Assembly: GCA_950097015.1 (NCBI GenBank)
Contig: CATNEN010000038.1
Location: 23,064,001 to 23,128,000, forward strand
DNA: 64,000 nt
Reading direction: 5' to 3'
From: Macrostomum hystrix
Lineage: Eukaryota > Animalia > Platyhelminthes
Positions 52,001 through 63,829 of the stretch are shown one piece after another; the first letter of the stretch is position 1, and every line of letters starts with the position of its first letter. The position numbers and the translations under genes are program-made. The notes beneath the pieces were generated by a model. That model ran no database searches, had not been told where the DNA came from, and saw nothing but the letters and a program-made list of their open reading frames with translations.

Positions 52001-55000
52001 TACGATGAGGCCAAAGTACAGGCGCAACAGGCAGTCAGCGAGATGGGCTTCAGCGAGCAGACGTTCCAGGCCGACGGGTCCATCTGCTTCCGTCTAGAAC
52101 TCGAGCTTGCAGCTTGTCAGAGCTTCCAGGAGACGTCGATCGCCGAAGCAAAAGTACAGGCGCAACAGACAGTCAGCGAGATGGGCTTCAGCGAGCAGAC
52201 GTTCCAGGCCGACGGGTCCATCTGCTTCCGACTAGAGCCCGAGCTTGCAGTGTGCGGTAGCTCCCTCGAGACAACGTACGATGAGGCCAAAGTACAGGCG
52301 CAACAGGCAGTCAGCGAGATGGGCTTCAGCGAGCAGACGTTCCAGGCCGACGGGTCCATCTGCTTCCGACTAGAGCCCGAGCTAGCAGTCTGCGGTAGCT
52401 TCCTCGAGACAACGTACGACGAGGCCAAAGTACAGGCGCAACAGGCAGTCAGCGAGATGGGCTTCAGCGAGCAGACGTTCCAGGCCGACGGGTCCATCTG
52501 CTTCCGACTAGATCCCGAGCTTGCAGTGTGCGGTAGCTCCCTCGAGACAACGTACGACGAGGCCAAAGTACAGGCGCAACAGGCAGTCAGCGAGATGGGC
52601 TTCAGCGAGCAGACGTTCCAGGCAGACGGGTCCATCTGCTTCCGTCTAGAACTCGAGCTTGCAGCTTGTCAGAGCTTCCAGGAGACGTCGATCGCCGAAG
52701 CCAAAGTACAGGCGCAACAGACAGTCAGCGAGATGGGCTTCAGCGAGCAGACGTTCCAGGCCGACGGGTCCATCTGCTTCCGACTAGAGCCCGAGCTTGC
52801 AGTGTGCGGTAGCTCCCTCGAGACAACGTACGATGAGGCCAAAGTACAGGCGCAACAGGCAGTCAGCGAGATGGGCTTCAGCGAGCAGACGTTCCAGGCC
52901 GACGGGTCCATCTGCTTCCGTCTAGAACTCGAGCTTGCAGCTTGTCAGAGCTTCCAGGAGACGTCGATCGCCGAAGCCAAAGTACAGGCGCAACAGACAG
53001 TCAGCGAGATGGGCTTCAGCGAGCAGACGTTCCAGGCCGACGGGTCCATCTGCTTTCGACTAGAGCCCGAGCTAGCAGTCTGCGGTAGCTTCCTCGAGAC
53101 AACGTACGACGAGGCCAAAGTACAGGCGCAACAGGCAGTCAGCGAGATGGGCTTCAGCGAGCAGACGTTCCAGGCCGACGGGTCCATCTGCTTCCGACTA
53201 GAGCCCGAGCTAGCAGTCTGCGGTAGCTTCCTCGAGACAACGTACGACGAGGCCAAAGTACAGGCGCAACAGACAGTCAGCGAGATGGGCTTCAGCGAGC
53301 AGACGTTCCAGGCCGACGGGTCCATCTGCTTCCGACTAGAGCCCGAGCTAGCAGTCTGCGGTAGCTTCCTCGAGACAACGTACGATGAGGCCAAAGTACA
53401 GGCGCAACAGGCAGTCAGCGAGATGGGCTTCAGCGAGCAGACGTTCCAGGCCGACGGGTCCATCTGCTTCCGACTAGAGCCCGAGCTAGCAGTCTGCGGT
53501 AGCTTCCTCGAGACAACGTACGACGAGGCCAAAGTACAGGCGCAACAGGCAGTCAGCGAGATGGGCTTCAGCGAGCAGACGTTCCAGGCCGACGGGTCCA
53601 TCTGCTTCCGACTAGAGCCCGAGCTTGCAGTGTGCGGTAGCTTCCTCGAGACAACGTACGACGAGGCCAAAGTACAGGCGCAACAGACAGTCAGCGAGAT
53701 GGGCTTCAGCGAGCAGACGTTCCAGGCCGACGGGTCCATCTGCTTCCGACTAGAGCCCGAGCTTGCAGTGTGCGGTAGCTCCCTCGAGACAACGTACGAT
53801 GAGGCCAAAGTACAGGCGCAACAGACAGTCAGCGAGATGGGCTTCAGCGAGCAGACGTTCCAGGCCGACGGGTCCATCTGCTTCCGTCTAGAACTCGAGC
53901 TTGCAGCTTGTCAGAGCTTCCAGGAGACGTCGATCGCCGAAGCCAAAGTACAGGCGCAACAGACAGTCAGCGAGATGGGCTTCAGCGAGCAGACGTTCCA
54001 GGCCGACGGGTCCATCTGCTTCCGTCTAGAACTCGAGCTTGCAGCTTGTCAGAGCTTCCAGGAGACGTCGATCGCTGAAGCCAAAGTACAGGCGCAACAG
54101 ACAGTCAGCGAGATGGGCTTCAGCGAGCAGACGTTCCAGGCCGACGGGTCCATCTGCTTTCGACTAGAGCCCGAGCTAGCAGTCTGCGGTAGCTTCCTCG
54201 AGACAACGTACGACGAGGCCAAAGTACAGGCGCAACAGGCAGTCAGCGAGATGGGCTTCAGCGAGCAGACGTTCCAGGCCGACGGGTCCATCTGCTTCCG
54301 ACTAGAGCCCGAGCTTGCAGTGTGCGGTAGCTCCCTCGAGACAACGTACGATGAGGCCAAAGTAAAGGCGCAACAGGCAGTCAGCGAGATGGGCTTCAGC
54401 GAGCAGACGTTCCAGGCCGACGGGTCCATCTGCTTCCGTCTAGAACTCGAGCTTGCAGCTTGTCAGAGCTTCCAGGAGACGTCGATCGCCGAAGCCAAAG
54501 TACAGGCGCAACAGACAGTCAGCGAGATGGGCTTCAGCGAGCAGACGTTCCAGGCCGACGGGTCCATCTGCTTCCGTCTAGAACTCGAGCTTGCAGCTTG
54601 TCAGAGCTTCCAGGAGACGTCGATCGCCGAAGCCAAAGTACAGGCGCAACAGACAGTCAGCGAGATGGGCTTCAGCGAGCAGACGTTCCAGGCCGACGGG
54701 TCCATCTGCTTCCGACTAGAGCCCGAGCTTGCAGTGTGCGGTAGCTCCCTCGAGACAACGTACGACGAGGCCAAAGTACAGGCGCAACAGGCAGTCAGCG
54801 AGATGGGCTTCAGCGAGCAGACGTTCCAGGCCGACGGGTCCATCTGCTTCCGACTAGAGCCCGAGCTTGCAGTGTGCGGTAGCTCCCTCGAGACAACGTA
54901 CGATGAGGCCAAAGTAAAGGCGCAACAGGCAGTCAGCGAGATGGGCTTCAGCGAGCAGACGTTCCAGGCCGACGGGTCCATCTGCTTCCGTCTAGAACTC

Positions 55001-58000
55001 GAGCTTGCAGCTTGTCAGAGCTTCCAGGAGACGTCGATCGCCGAAGCCAAAGTACAGGCGCAACAGACAGTCAGCGAGATGGGCTTCAGCGAGCAGACGT
55101 TCCAGGCCGACGGGTCCATCTGCTTCCGACTAGAGCCCGAGCTTGCAGTGTGCGGTAGCTCCCTCGAGACAACGTACGATGAGGCCAAAGTACAGGCGCA
55201 ACAGGCAGTCAGCGAGATGGGCTTCAGCGAGCAGACGTTCCAGGCCGACGGGTCCATCTGCTTCCGTCTAGAACTCGAGCTTGCAGCTTGTCAGAGCTTC
55301 CAGGAGACGTCGATCGCCGAAGCAAAAGTACAGGCGCAACAGACAGTCAGCGAAATGGGCTTCAGCGAGCAGACGTTCCAGGCCGACGGGTCCATCTGCT
55401 TCCGTCTAGAACTCGAGCTTGCAGCTTGTCAGAGCTTCCAGGAGACGTCGATCGCCGAAGCAAAAGTACAGGCGCAACAGACAGTCAGCGAGATGGGCTT
55501 CAGCGAGCAGACGTTCCAGGCCGACGGGTCCATCTGCTTCCGTCTAGAACTCGAGCTTGCAGCTTGTCAGAGCTTCCAGGAGACGTCGATCGCCGAAGCC
55601 AAAGTACAGGCGCAACAGACAGTCAGCGAGATGGGCTTCAGCGAGCAGACGTTCCAGGCCGACGGGTCCATCTGCTTCCGACTAGAGCCCGAGCTAGCAG
55701 TCTGCGGTAGCTTCCTCGAGACAACGTACGACGAGGCCAAAGTACAGGCGCAACAGGCAGTCAGCGAGATGGGCTTCAGCGAGCAGACGTTCCAGGCCGA
55801 CGGGTCCATCTGCTTCCGACTAGAGCCCGAGCTTGCAGTGTGCGGTAGCTCCCTCGAGACAACGTACGATGAGGCCAAAGTACAGGCGCAACAGGCAGTC
55901 AGCGAGATGGGCTTCAGCGAGCAGACGTTCCAGGCCGACGGGTCCATCTGCTTCCGTCTAGAACTCGAGCTTGCAGCTTGTCAGAGCTTCCAGGAGACGT
56001 CGATCGCCGAAGCAAAAGTACAGGCGCAACAGACAGTCAGCGAGATGGGCTTCAGCGAGCAGACGTTCCAGGCCGACGGGTCCATCTGCTTCCGACTAGA
56101 GCCCGAGCTTGCAGTGTGCGGTAGCTCCCTCGAGACAACGTACGATGAGGCCAAAGTACAGGCGCAACAGGCAGTCAGCGAGATGGGCTTCAGCGAGCAG
56201 ACGTTCCAGGCCGACGGGTCCATCTGCTTCCGTCTAGAACTCGAGCTTGCAGCTTGTCAGAGCTTCCAGGAGACGTCGATCGCCGAAGCCAAAGTACAGG
56301 CGCAACAGACAGTCAGCGAGATGGGCTTCAGCGAGCAGACGTTCCAGGCCGACGGGTCCATCTGCTTCCGACTAGAGCCCGAGCTAGCAGTCTGCGGTAG
56401 CTTCCTCGAGACAACGTACGACGAGGCCAAAGTACAGGCGCAACAGGCAGTCAGCGAGATGGGCTTCAGCGAGCAGACGTTCCAGGCCGACGGGTCCATC
56501 TGCTTCCGACTAGAGCCCGAGCTTGCAGTGTGCGGTAGCTCCCTCGAGACAACGTACGATGAGGCCAAAGTACAGGCGCAACAGGCAGTCAGCGAGATGG
56601 GCTTCAGCGAGCAGACGTTCCAGGCCGACGGGTCCATCTGCTTCCGTCTAGAACTCGAGCTTGCAGCTTGTCAGAGCTTCCAGGAGACGTCGATCGCCGA
56701 AGCCAAAGTACAGGCGCAACAGACAGTCAGCGAGATGGGCTTCAGCGAGCAGACGTTCCAGGCCGACGGGTCCATCTGCTTCCGTACTAGAACTCGAGCT
56801 TGCAGCTTGTGCAGGAGCTTCCAGGAGACGTACGATCGCCGAAGCCAAAGTACAGGCGCAACAGACAGTCAGCGAGATGGGCTTCAGCGAGCAGACGTTC
56901 CAGGCCGACGGGTCCATCTGCTTCCGTCTAGAACTCGAGCTTGCAGCTTGTCAGAGCTTCCAGGAGACGTCGATCGCCGAAGCCAAAGTACAGGCGCAAC
57001 AGACAGTCAGCGAGATGGGCTTCAGCGAGCAGACGTTCCAGGCCGACGGGTCCATCTGCTTCCGTCTAGAACTCGAGCTTGCAGCTTGTCAGAGCTTCCA
57101 GGAGACGTCGATCGCCGAAGCAAAAGTACAGGCGCAACAGACAGTCAGCGAGATGGGCTTCAGCGAGCAGACGTTCCAGGCCGACGGGTCCATCTGCTTC
57201 CGTCTAGAACTCGAGCTTGCAGCTTGTCAGAGCTTCCAGGAGACGTCGATCGCCGAAGCAAAGTACAGGCGCAACAGACAGTCAGCGAGATGGGCTTCAG
57301 CGAGCAGACGTTCCAGGCCGACGGGTCCATCTGCTTCCGACTAGAGCCCGAGCTAGCAGTCTGCGGTAGCTTCCCTCGAGACAACGTACGACTGAGGCCA
57401 AAGTACAGGCGCAACAGGCAGTCAGCGAGATGGGCTTCAGCGAGCAGACGTTCCAGGCCGACGGGTCCATCTGCTTCCGACTAGAGCCCGAGCTTGCAGT
57501 GTGCGGTAGCTTCCCTCGAGACAACGTACGATCGAGGCCAAAGTACAGGCGCAACAGGCAGTCAGCGAGATGGGCTTCAGCGAGCAGACGTTCCAGGCCG
57601 ACGGGTCCATCTGCTTCCGTCTAGAACTCGAGCTTGCAGCTTGTCAGAGCTTCCAGGAGACGTCGATCGCCGAAGCCAAAGTACAGGCGCAACAGACAGT
57701 CAGCGAGATGGGCTTCAGCGAGCAGACGTTCCAGGCCGACGGGTCCATCTGCTTCCGACTAGAGCCCGAGCTTGCAGTGTGCGGTAGCTCCCTCGAGACA
57801 ACGTACGACGAGGCCAAAGTACAGGCGCAACAGGCAGTCAGCGAGATGGGCTTCAGCGAGCAGACGTTCCAGGCCGACGGGTCCATCTGCTTCCGACTAG
57901 AGCCCGAGCTTGCAGTGTGCGGTAGCTCCCTCGAGACAACGTACGATGAGGCCAAAGTACAGGCGCAACAGGCAGTCAGCGAGATGGGCTTCAGCGAGCA

Positions 58001-61000
58001 GACGTTCCAGGCCGACGGGTCCATCTGCTTCCGTCTAGAACTCGAGCTTGCAGCTTGTCAGAGCTTCCAGGAGACGTCGATCGCCGAAGCCAAAGTACAG
58101 GCGCAACAGACAGTCAGCGAGATGGGCTTCAGCGAGCAGACGTTCCAGGCCGACGGGTCCATCTGCTTCCGTCTAGAACTCGAGCTTGCAGCTTGTCAGA
58201 GCTTCCAGGAGACGTCGATCGCCGAAGCCAAAGTACAGGCGCAACAGACAGTCAGCGAGATGGGCTTCAGCGAGCAGACGTTCCAGGCCGACGGGTCCAT
58301 CTGCTTCCGTCTAGAACTCGAGCTTGCAGCTTGTCAGAGCTTCCAGGAGACGTCGATCGCCGAAGCAAAAGTACAGGCGCAACAGACAGTCAGCGAGATG
58401 GGCTTCAGCGAGCAGACGTTCCAGGCCGACGGGTCCATCTGCTTCCGTCTAGAACTCGAGCTTGCAGCTTGTCAGAGCTTCCAGGAGACGTCGATCGCCG
58501 AAGCCAAAGTACAGGCGCAACAGACAGTCAGCGAGATGGGCTTCAGCGAGCAGACGTTCCAGGCCGACGGGTCCATCTGCTTCCGACTAGAGCCCGAGCT
58601 AGCAGTCTGCGGTAGCTCCCTCGAGACAACGTACGATGAGGCCAAAGTACAGGCGCAACAGACAGTCAGCGAGATGGGCTTCAGCGAGCAGACGTTCCAG
58701 GCCGACGGGTCCATCTGCTTCCGACTAGAGCCCGAGCTTGCAGTGTGCGGTAGCTCCCTCGAGACAACGTACGATGAGGCCAAAGTACAGGCGCAACAGG
58801 CAGTCAGCGAGATGGGCTTCAGCGAGCAGACGTTCCAGGCCGACGGGTCCATCTGCTTCCGTCTAGAACTCGAGCTTGCAGCTTGTCAGAGCTTCCAGGA
58901 GACGTCGATCGCCGAAGCAAAAGTACAGGCGCAACAGACAGTCAGCGAGATGGGCTTCAGCGAGCAGACGTTCCAGGCCGACGGGTCCATCTGCTTCCGA
59001 CTAGAGCCCGAGCTAGCAGTCTGCGGTAGCTTCCTCGAGACAACGTACGACGAGGCCAAAGTACAGGCGCAACAGGCAGTCAGCGAGATGGGCTTCAGCG
59101 AGCAGACGTTCCAGGCCGACGGGTCCATCTGCTTCCGTCTAGAACTCGAGCTTGCAGCTTGTCAGAGCTTCCAGGAGACGTCGATCGCCGAAGCAAAAGT
59201 ACAGGCGCAACAGACAGTCAGCGAGATGGGCTTCAGCGAGCAGACGTTCCAGGCCGACGGGTCCATCTGCTTCCGTCTAGAACTCGAGCTTGCAGCTTGT
59301 CAGAGCTTCCAGGAGACGTCGATCGCCGAAGCCATAGTACAGGCGCAACAGACAGTCAGCGAGATGGGCTTCAGCGAGCAGACGTTCCAGGCCGACGGGT
59401 CCATCTGCTTCCGACTAGAGCCCGAGCTAGCAGTCTGCGGTAGCTTCCTCGAGACAACGTACGACGAGGCCAAAGTACAGGCGCAACAGGCAGTCAGCGA
59501 GATGGGCTTCAGCGAGCAGACGTTCCAGGCCGACGGGTCCATCTGCTTCCGACTAGAGCCCGAGCTTGCAGTGTGCGGTAGCTCCCTCGAGACAACGTAC
59601 GATGAGGCCAAAGTACAGGCGCAACAGGCAGTCAGCGAGATGGGCTTCAGCGAGCAGACGTTCCAGGCCGACGGGTCCATCTGCTTCCGTCTAGAACTCG
59701 AGCTTGCAGCTTGTCAGAGCTTCCAGGAGACGTCGAACGCCGAAGCTAAAGTACAGGCGCAACAGACAGTCAGCGAGATGGGCTTCAGCGAGCAGACGTT
59801 CCAGGCCGACGGGTCCATCTGCTTCCGACTAGAGCCCGAGCTAGCAGTCTGCGGTAGCTCCCTCGAGACAACGTACGATGAGGCCAAAGTAAAGGCGCAA
59901 CAGGCAGTCAGCGAGATGGGCTTCAGCGAGCAGACGTTCCAGGCCGACGGGTCCATCTGCTTCCGTCTAGAACTCGAGCTTGCAGCTTGTCAGAGCTTCC
60001 AGGAGACGTCGATCGCCGAAGCCAAAGTACAGGCGCAACAGACAGTCAGCGAGATGGGCTTCAGCGAGCAGACGTTCCAGGCCGACGGGTCCATCTGCTT
60101 CCGACTAGAACTCGAGCTTGCAGCTTGTCAGAGCTTCCAGGAGACGTCGATCGCCGAAGCCAAAGTACAGGCGCAACAGACAGTCAGCGAGATGGGCTGC
60201 AGCGAGCAGAAATTCCAGAGTGACGGTTTTGTCGTATGTCGAGTTCAACAGTATTGTTCTAGTGTCTGTATTTCACCTGAGCCGACGATTGTGTGTTGCA
60301 GTAGCTCTTTGGAGATGGAATACGTTCGATGTTGTATTCGTGCTCAGAATGCCGTTGTTGAATCTTACATTTTTATTAAGCCAGAAGTGGCCTTTGCGTG
60401 TGTTAGTGTTGGACCTAAGTCTAGTGTTTCATTCTGCCATAGCTTTTCAGAAACATCTTTAGAGGATTCGAGAGTTCGGGCAAGGCAGGCAGTCGCTTAT
60501 TTTGGGTACAGTTTTGGTTCGCAGCCGCTGGTATCCTTCACTGCGTCGTATTTTGAGCGGCAAGTCGTTCAGAGCAATGCACTGTGCCATACAGTTGCTC
60601 TTTGCAATTCGAATATCGAACACAAGCAAGCGATCGCGAATTCGGGGGTTGTTATTGGAAAGGAGGCGGTGGAATGCTGCATAAGGAGTGAGTGGCACGC
60701 CAGTGTAATCGAAGGAGGCACACATTTTGAGCATCGGTATGAGACCAGTGGTGCACGGTTTTCCGCACCTATTGTTCAGAACTCAGCCGTTCAAGTTGAG
60801 AAGCAAACCGCTGAATCACTCGTCGTTTCTGTTCGGAGTAGTGTTGTTCTCTCGTCCGCCTGTTTCGAGATCGAAGTATCTGAGTCCAATGCATCATTCA
60901 ACCGCAGAGCAAAGCAAGCAGATCGGGGGTCGCTTTGGCGTTCATCGATTGGAATTTCGAGTGGAAGTTTCTGGGCCGGACCGCCGGCTCTGGAAGTTCA

Positions 61001-61352
61001 GTCAACTCATGCATTCATCGAGGAGACTAAAGAGCATCGAGCTGCTATCCTGACTTTTGACGCGTCAGTGGTTCGGAACGAGACAGGCTTTATTGCTAGC
61101 AGCGGCAGCTGCTTGGAAATCCAAGTGGCTCTGACTGGTGTTCGAGTCAGGCCGGAAGCTGTCTCGGCGCCGCACGCTCGCCTGCAAGCCAGCGTTACTA
61201 GTCGCAGTCAGGATTCGACCGACAATGTCAGAGGTGTGGCTGGGCGTCTGCTTGCTCCGCCGTCCGCCGTGCTCACCACTAGTGTAACTCCGCGCGGCTC
61301 GGAGGTAGATCTGCTCAGCGAATATGGCACAGTGTTCGACAGGGACGACTAA
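46052..61352 (+). CDS. Giant plakin-domain protein (spectrin-like repeats + plakin SH3) with a C-terminal array of ~63 x 46-aa repeats; start uncertain
   Basis: Exons ~46052(or 45981)-46447, 46563-46790, 47246-47392 (GC donor), 47652-47806, 48040-48148, 48280-48424, 49683-49866, 50014-50128, 50201-61352; phases consistent. Plakin-like TWEWITRLGELTQLHLKNSADYHSFYHDANE and RSHRVVPVYRRNRPL...EVTVLDNTHPFTWKVRKADGTVVEAPSICIWLPPPDTEAVE. Indels at 56785-57535 break the last exon (likely assembly artefacts). Confidence 0.8.
46850..47197 (-). mobile_element. SINE family 2, full length, tRNA-derived head (plakin intron)
   Basis: Reverse complement starts ggggtgagtggcagagcggttaacgcg...ggtccctcagctcgactcc (A and B boxes). 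Homologous copies at 48451-49470 and 62425-62692. Confidence 0.8.
48451..49470 (-). mobile_element. SINE family 2 copy interrupted by a LINE insertion
   Basis: 48451-48524 and 49208-49470 align to the two halves of the 46850-47197 copy. Confidence 0.8.
48525..49207 (-). mobile_element. 5'-truncated non-LTR retrotransposon (RNase H C-terminus + Cys/His knuckle + 3'UTR)
   Basis: Encodes LPGHAGFPGNELADTLAKQG (RNase H) ... LTGHGYLARH...CPFC..DAEHFVCH. The 3' end has (taagtcaaag)x2. Flanked by direct repeat attctgcc (48517-48524 and 49208-49215). Confidence 0.85.
51422..60215 (+). repeat. 138-bp (46-aa) coding tandem repeat, ~63 copies, two main variants
   Basis: A: EPELAVCGS[F/S]LETTYDEAKVQAQQ[A/T]VSEMGFSEQTFQADGSICFRL; B: ELELAACQSFQETSIAEAKVQAQQTVSEMGFSEQTFQADGSICFRL. 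Confidence 0.97.
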
Positions 61353-61529
61353 TGTGTTTTGTTGACTCGGAAGCAAGTCTAACTAGGCTTCAGTTTTTTT
61401 AATTCGATGTTAACTGTTGTTCTTCTTTCTGTTTTTTTTTCTTATTTTCCGGAATTTCAAATATCCAGTTATCACAACGATGTTTTCAGCTTCAAAATAA
61501 TCACATGGCCCAGTTCTTAGAGAATCCGA

Positions 61530-61680
61530 CTTCTCACTAGCCAGATGTATAGTGGGTACCAGCACCAGCTAGGGTTAGAAATTCTGGTTGGTGGTAGTAA
61601 CCCACCTTCAGTCCATGGACCAAACAACTTTACACAACCTTTGTATGCTCCTCCAGTGGTTGCACATTTGGCCAAACTAC
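61530..61680 (+). mobile_element. Degenerate SINE family 1 remnant
   Basis: tgggtaccagcaccagct...cagtccatggac...tgcacatttgg resembles the SINE1 core and tail. Similar remnants at ~23370-23460 (-) and ~47905-47985 (+). Confidence 0.5.
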
Positions 61681-62424
61681 GCTATAGTTTCTTTTTCTAA
61701 TTATTAAATTTGATTCTCAAGATGGGCACAGTTTAAATTTTTTTATATTTTCTTCCCGCTGATTATGTTCGCGTTTTTCTTAGAATAAGAAATTACTTAG
61801 ATAAAAAATCTGGTTTAGTACATTATTTTTACTAACATTCTGCTAACTTAGTCTCATAAAACTCTTTTTTGTAATAATTCTTAATTAAAAACGTACAAGT
61901 CTCATGATGTCTTGTTTTACTGTTGGATTTGTATTTCTTCAAATCCATTAGATAATATTGTTAGTATTTATTCCAAAGTGACGTATATGAGTAGTGAGAC
62001 AGTTTAGACATTTTTAATTCCATTTAGCAGTTCTTTTTCTACCATTTAGTTTAGTGTCTAAATAACCTCTGCTTGTTTGTGTTCTAACTTGTTTGCCTAT
62101 CAAAAGCGAGTTTAATTTTACTCAAATACCAAAGACGACGCTAAACTACCATACCATTTAAATTAAAATTCATAGATACTATACCAAAGAAATGCATCAA
62201 ATATGTAGACTTTTTCATTTTATAATATTCTATCTATCTCTGGTATTACTACGAGTAGTATGTTGCGATGCGATTGCATTTCCACCTGTTCGTGCTCTTA
62301 CAGCTGTGATCTCAGTGACAGACAATCTTTGTAATCTCCGTGCTGTGATAATAGTACATGTAGGACTATATAAGCTAGCTCGTATTTTTGTGGACGCCAA
62401 CTATGAAACAACGTAAAGGTCCTC

Positions 62425-62692
62425 GTAACGCATTTGCCTCTCGCACCAAGGTCCCCGAACCCGAGTCCGCGGCGAGGTCACTTTCGTTTGGGGCGCCGCC
62501 GCGGAGAGAAGGCTTTGGGGGCTTGTCGTGCAATTTACGCGCTTGAGGAGCGACCTCAAAGACACAGTGATAGTGTACACTGCCTGACGACGAGAAAGTC
62601 AGCGCAGATGTATACACCTGGGTGTATGTGTGTGTGCTCAGGAGTCAGCGAAATGGGCAGAATTCCTCGCTGTTTGCGGGTCTATTGTCACC
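62425..62692 (+). mobile_element. SINE family 2 copy
   Basis: ctcgcaccaaggtccc...ccgcggcgagg...ggagagaaggctt...gtcgtgcaatttacg...gctcaggagtcagcgaaa matches the reverse complement of 46850-47197. Confidence 0.8.
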
Positions 62693-63829
62693 TGTGAGTG
62701 ATCGTTCACAGATCAGTCAATTAGACCTTTTGACAAGTCGCTACCTGACCTGGATATATTTACACTAGGTGTCATCGAGCTGCATCCATGCCCAGCATGA
62801 GCAATCTATGGACGAAGCATCCAACTGGTCACTGTTTGGTAGACACCGAGCCGCTGTCGTCCAGAGATCTAATTAGGCGAGCTGTCTTTTGCCGAAAACA
62901 CAATAGATTTGCACAATAGATGTTCGGGAGTTCGGATAGTTTCAATGCATTTTTCATGGCTTGGGCGAAAGCTTAGCACAATGTAACTTGTGTAAAACGC
63001 GATGCATATTGGATGAGATTAATTCTACTAAAGATTTGTGGCTCAGACAAAAGAAAGATACAAATAAATAGAGCCTTCGGGCGACGTTGTGAGGCAGGCC
63101 ACTAAACTATGATACTAAATTTCGTTACTTCTACCTGCTCGTTGGGAGCTTTCAATTGTTAGACGCAGGTTAAAATATACCATTGAAAGAATCTGGACAG
63201 TGTCTGCGCATGCCATTCTAAGTGTCCTCAGCTATTGTCCGATAGTCTATTGTCAGTCTAAATGCCTCGAGGCTACATCAGGTGGGAGGTTTTCGGGTCG
63301 AGTCGCCTAGATTCGTTTTAGACAATTTAATGAAAGGCTTTATAAATATTAGCTGTAGCATGCACACACCGAGCCACTACATCTGCTTTGGCCAAGTTCA
63401 GCTCGAATTGTGCTCGCATACTAAATAACAGTTGCTGCACGTTTTCAGCGGCAATCAGACAGTTTCTAGAAGCAGGCATGGCCAAAGTCGAGGTTGAGAT
63501 GGTTGGGTGGGGTTGTGCGCCGACAAAAACGACCCACAAGAATAAAAGACCAAACCGGTCCTATGCTCAGGCTGCATGAGTTCTACAAACCATTTGCGAG
63601 TCTTAATTGCAGGCGCTTCAAGCAAACAGGCACAGAAGCAAGCATCCAAGCTTTTGAGTTTCGAAGAGTTTTTTGACGATAGCAGTTTAAGAAGTAGTTT
63701 TCTCAAGCGATTTATAATGTGAGTAATAATCAATACGTTGTGTTTCTAGGGGTAGCACTGATTTTTTAGGTGCCTATAATTTTCAAACAAAATTTATGCC
63801 TAAGGGTCATGCAACTTTCGTATAACGTG

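Noticed and set aside
56780-57540. Frameshifts splitting the giant ORF (pseudogene, programmed frameshift or two genes)
   Set aside because: Most indels fall exactly at sites polymorphic between repeat variants and look like both alleles merged (ccgt/ccga->ccgta, gac/gat->gact and gatc, ttcc/tccc->ttccc). They cluster in ~750 bp, typical of consensus errors in a repeat. Raw reads would confirm.
51406-59956. Repeated antisense ORFs (MDPSAWNVCSLK...) and alternative-frame ORFs in the 138-bp array
   Set aside because: They are shadows of the sense repeat and are interrupted by stops in every B unit.
62700-63760. Short ORFs near the window end
   Set aside because: No recognisable motifs or coherent splice structure; possibly decayed transposon sequence.
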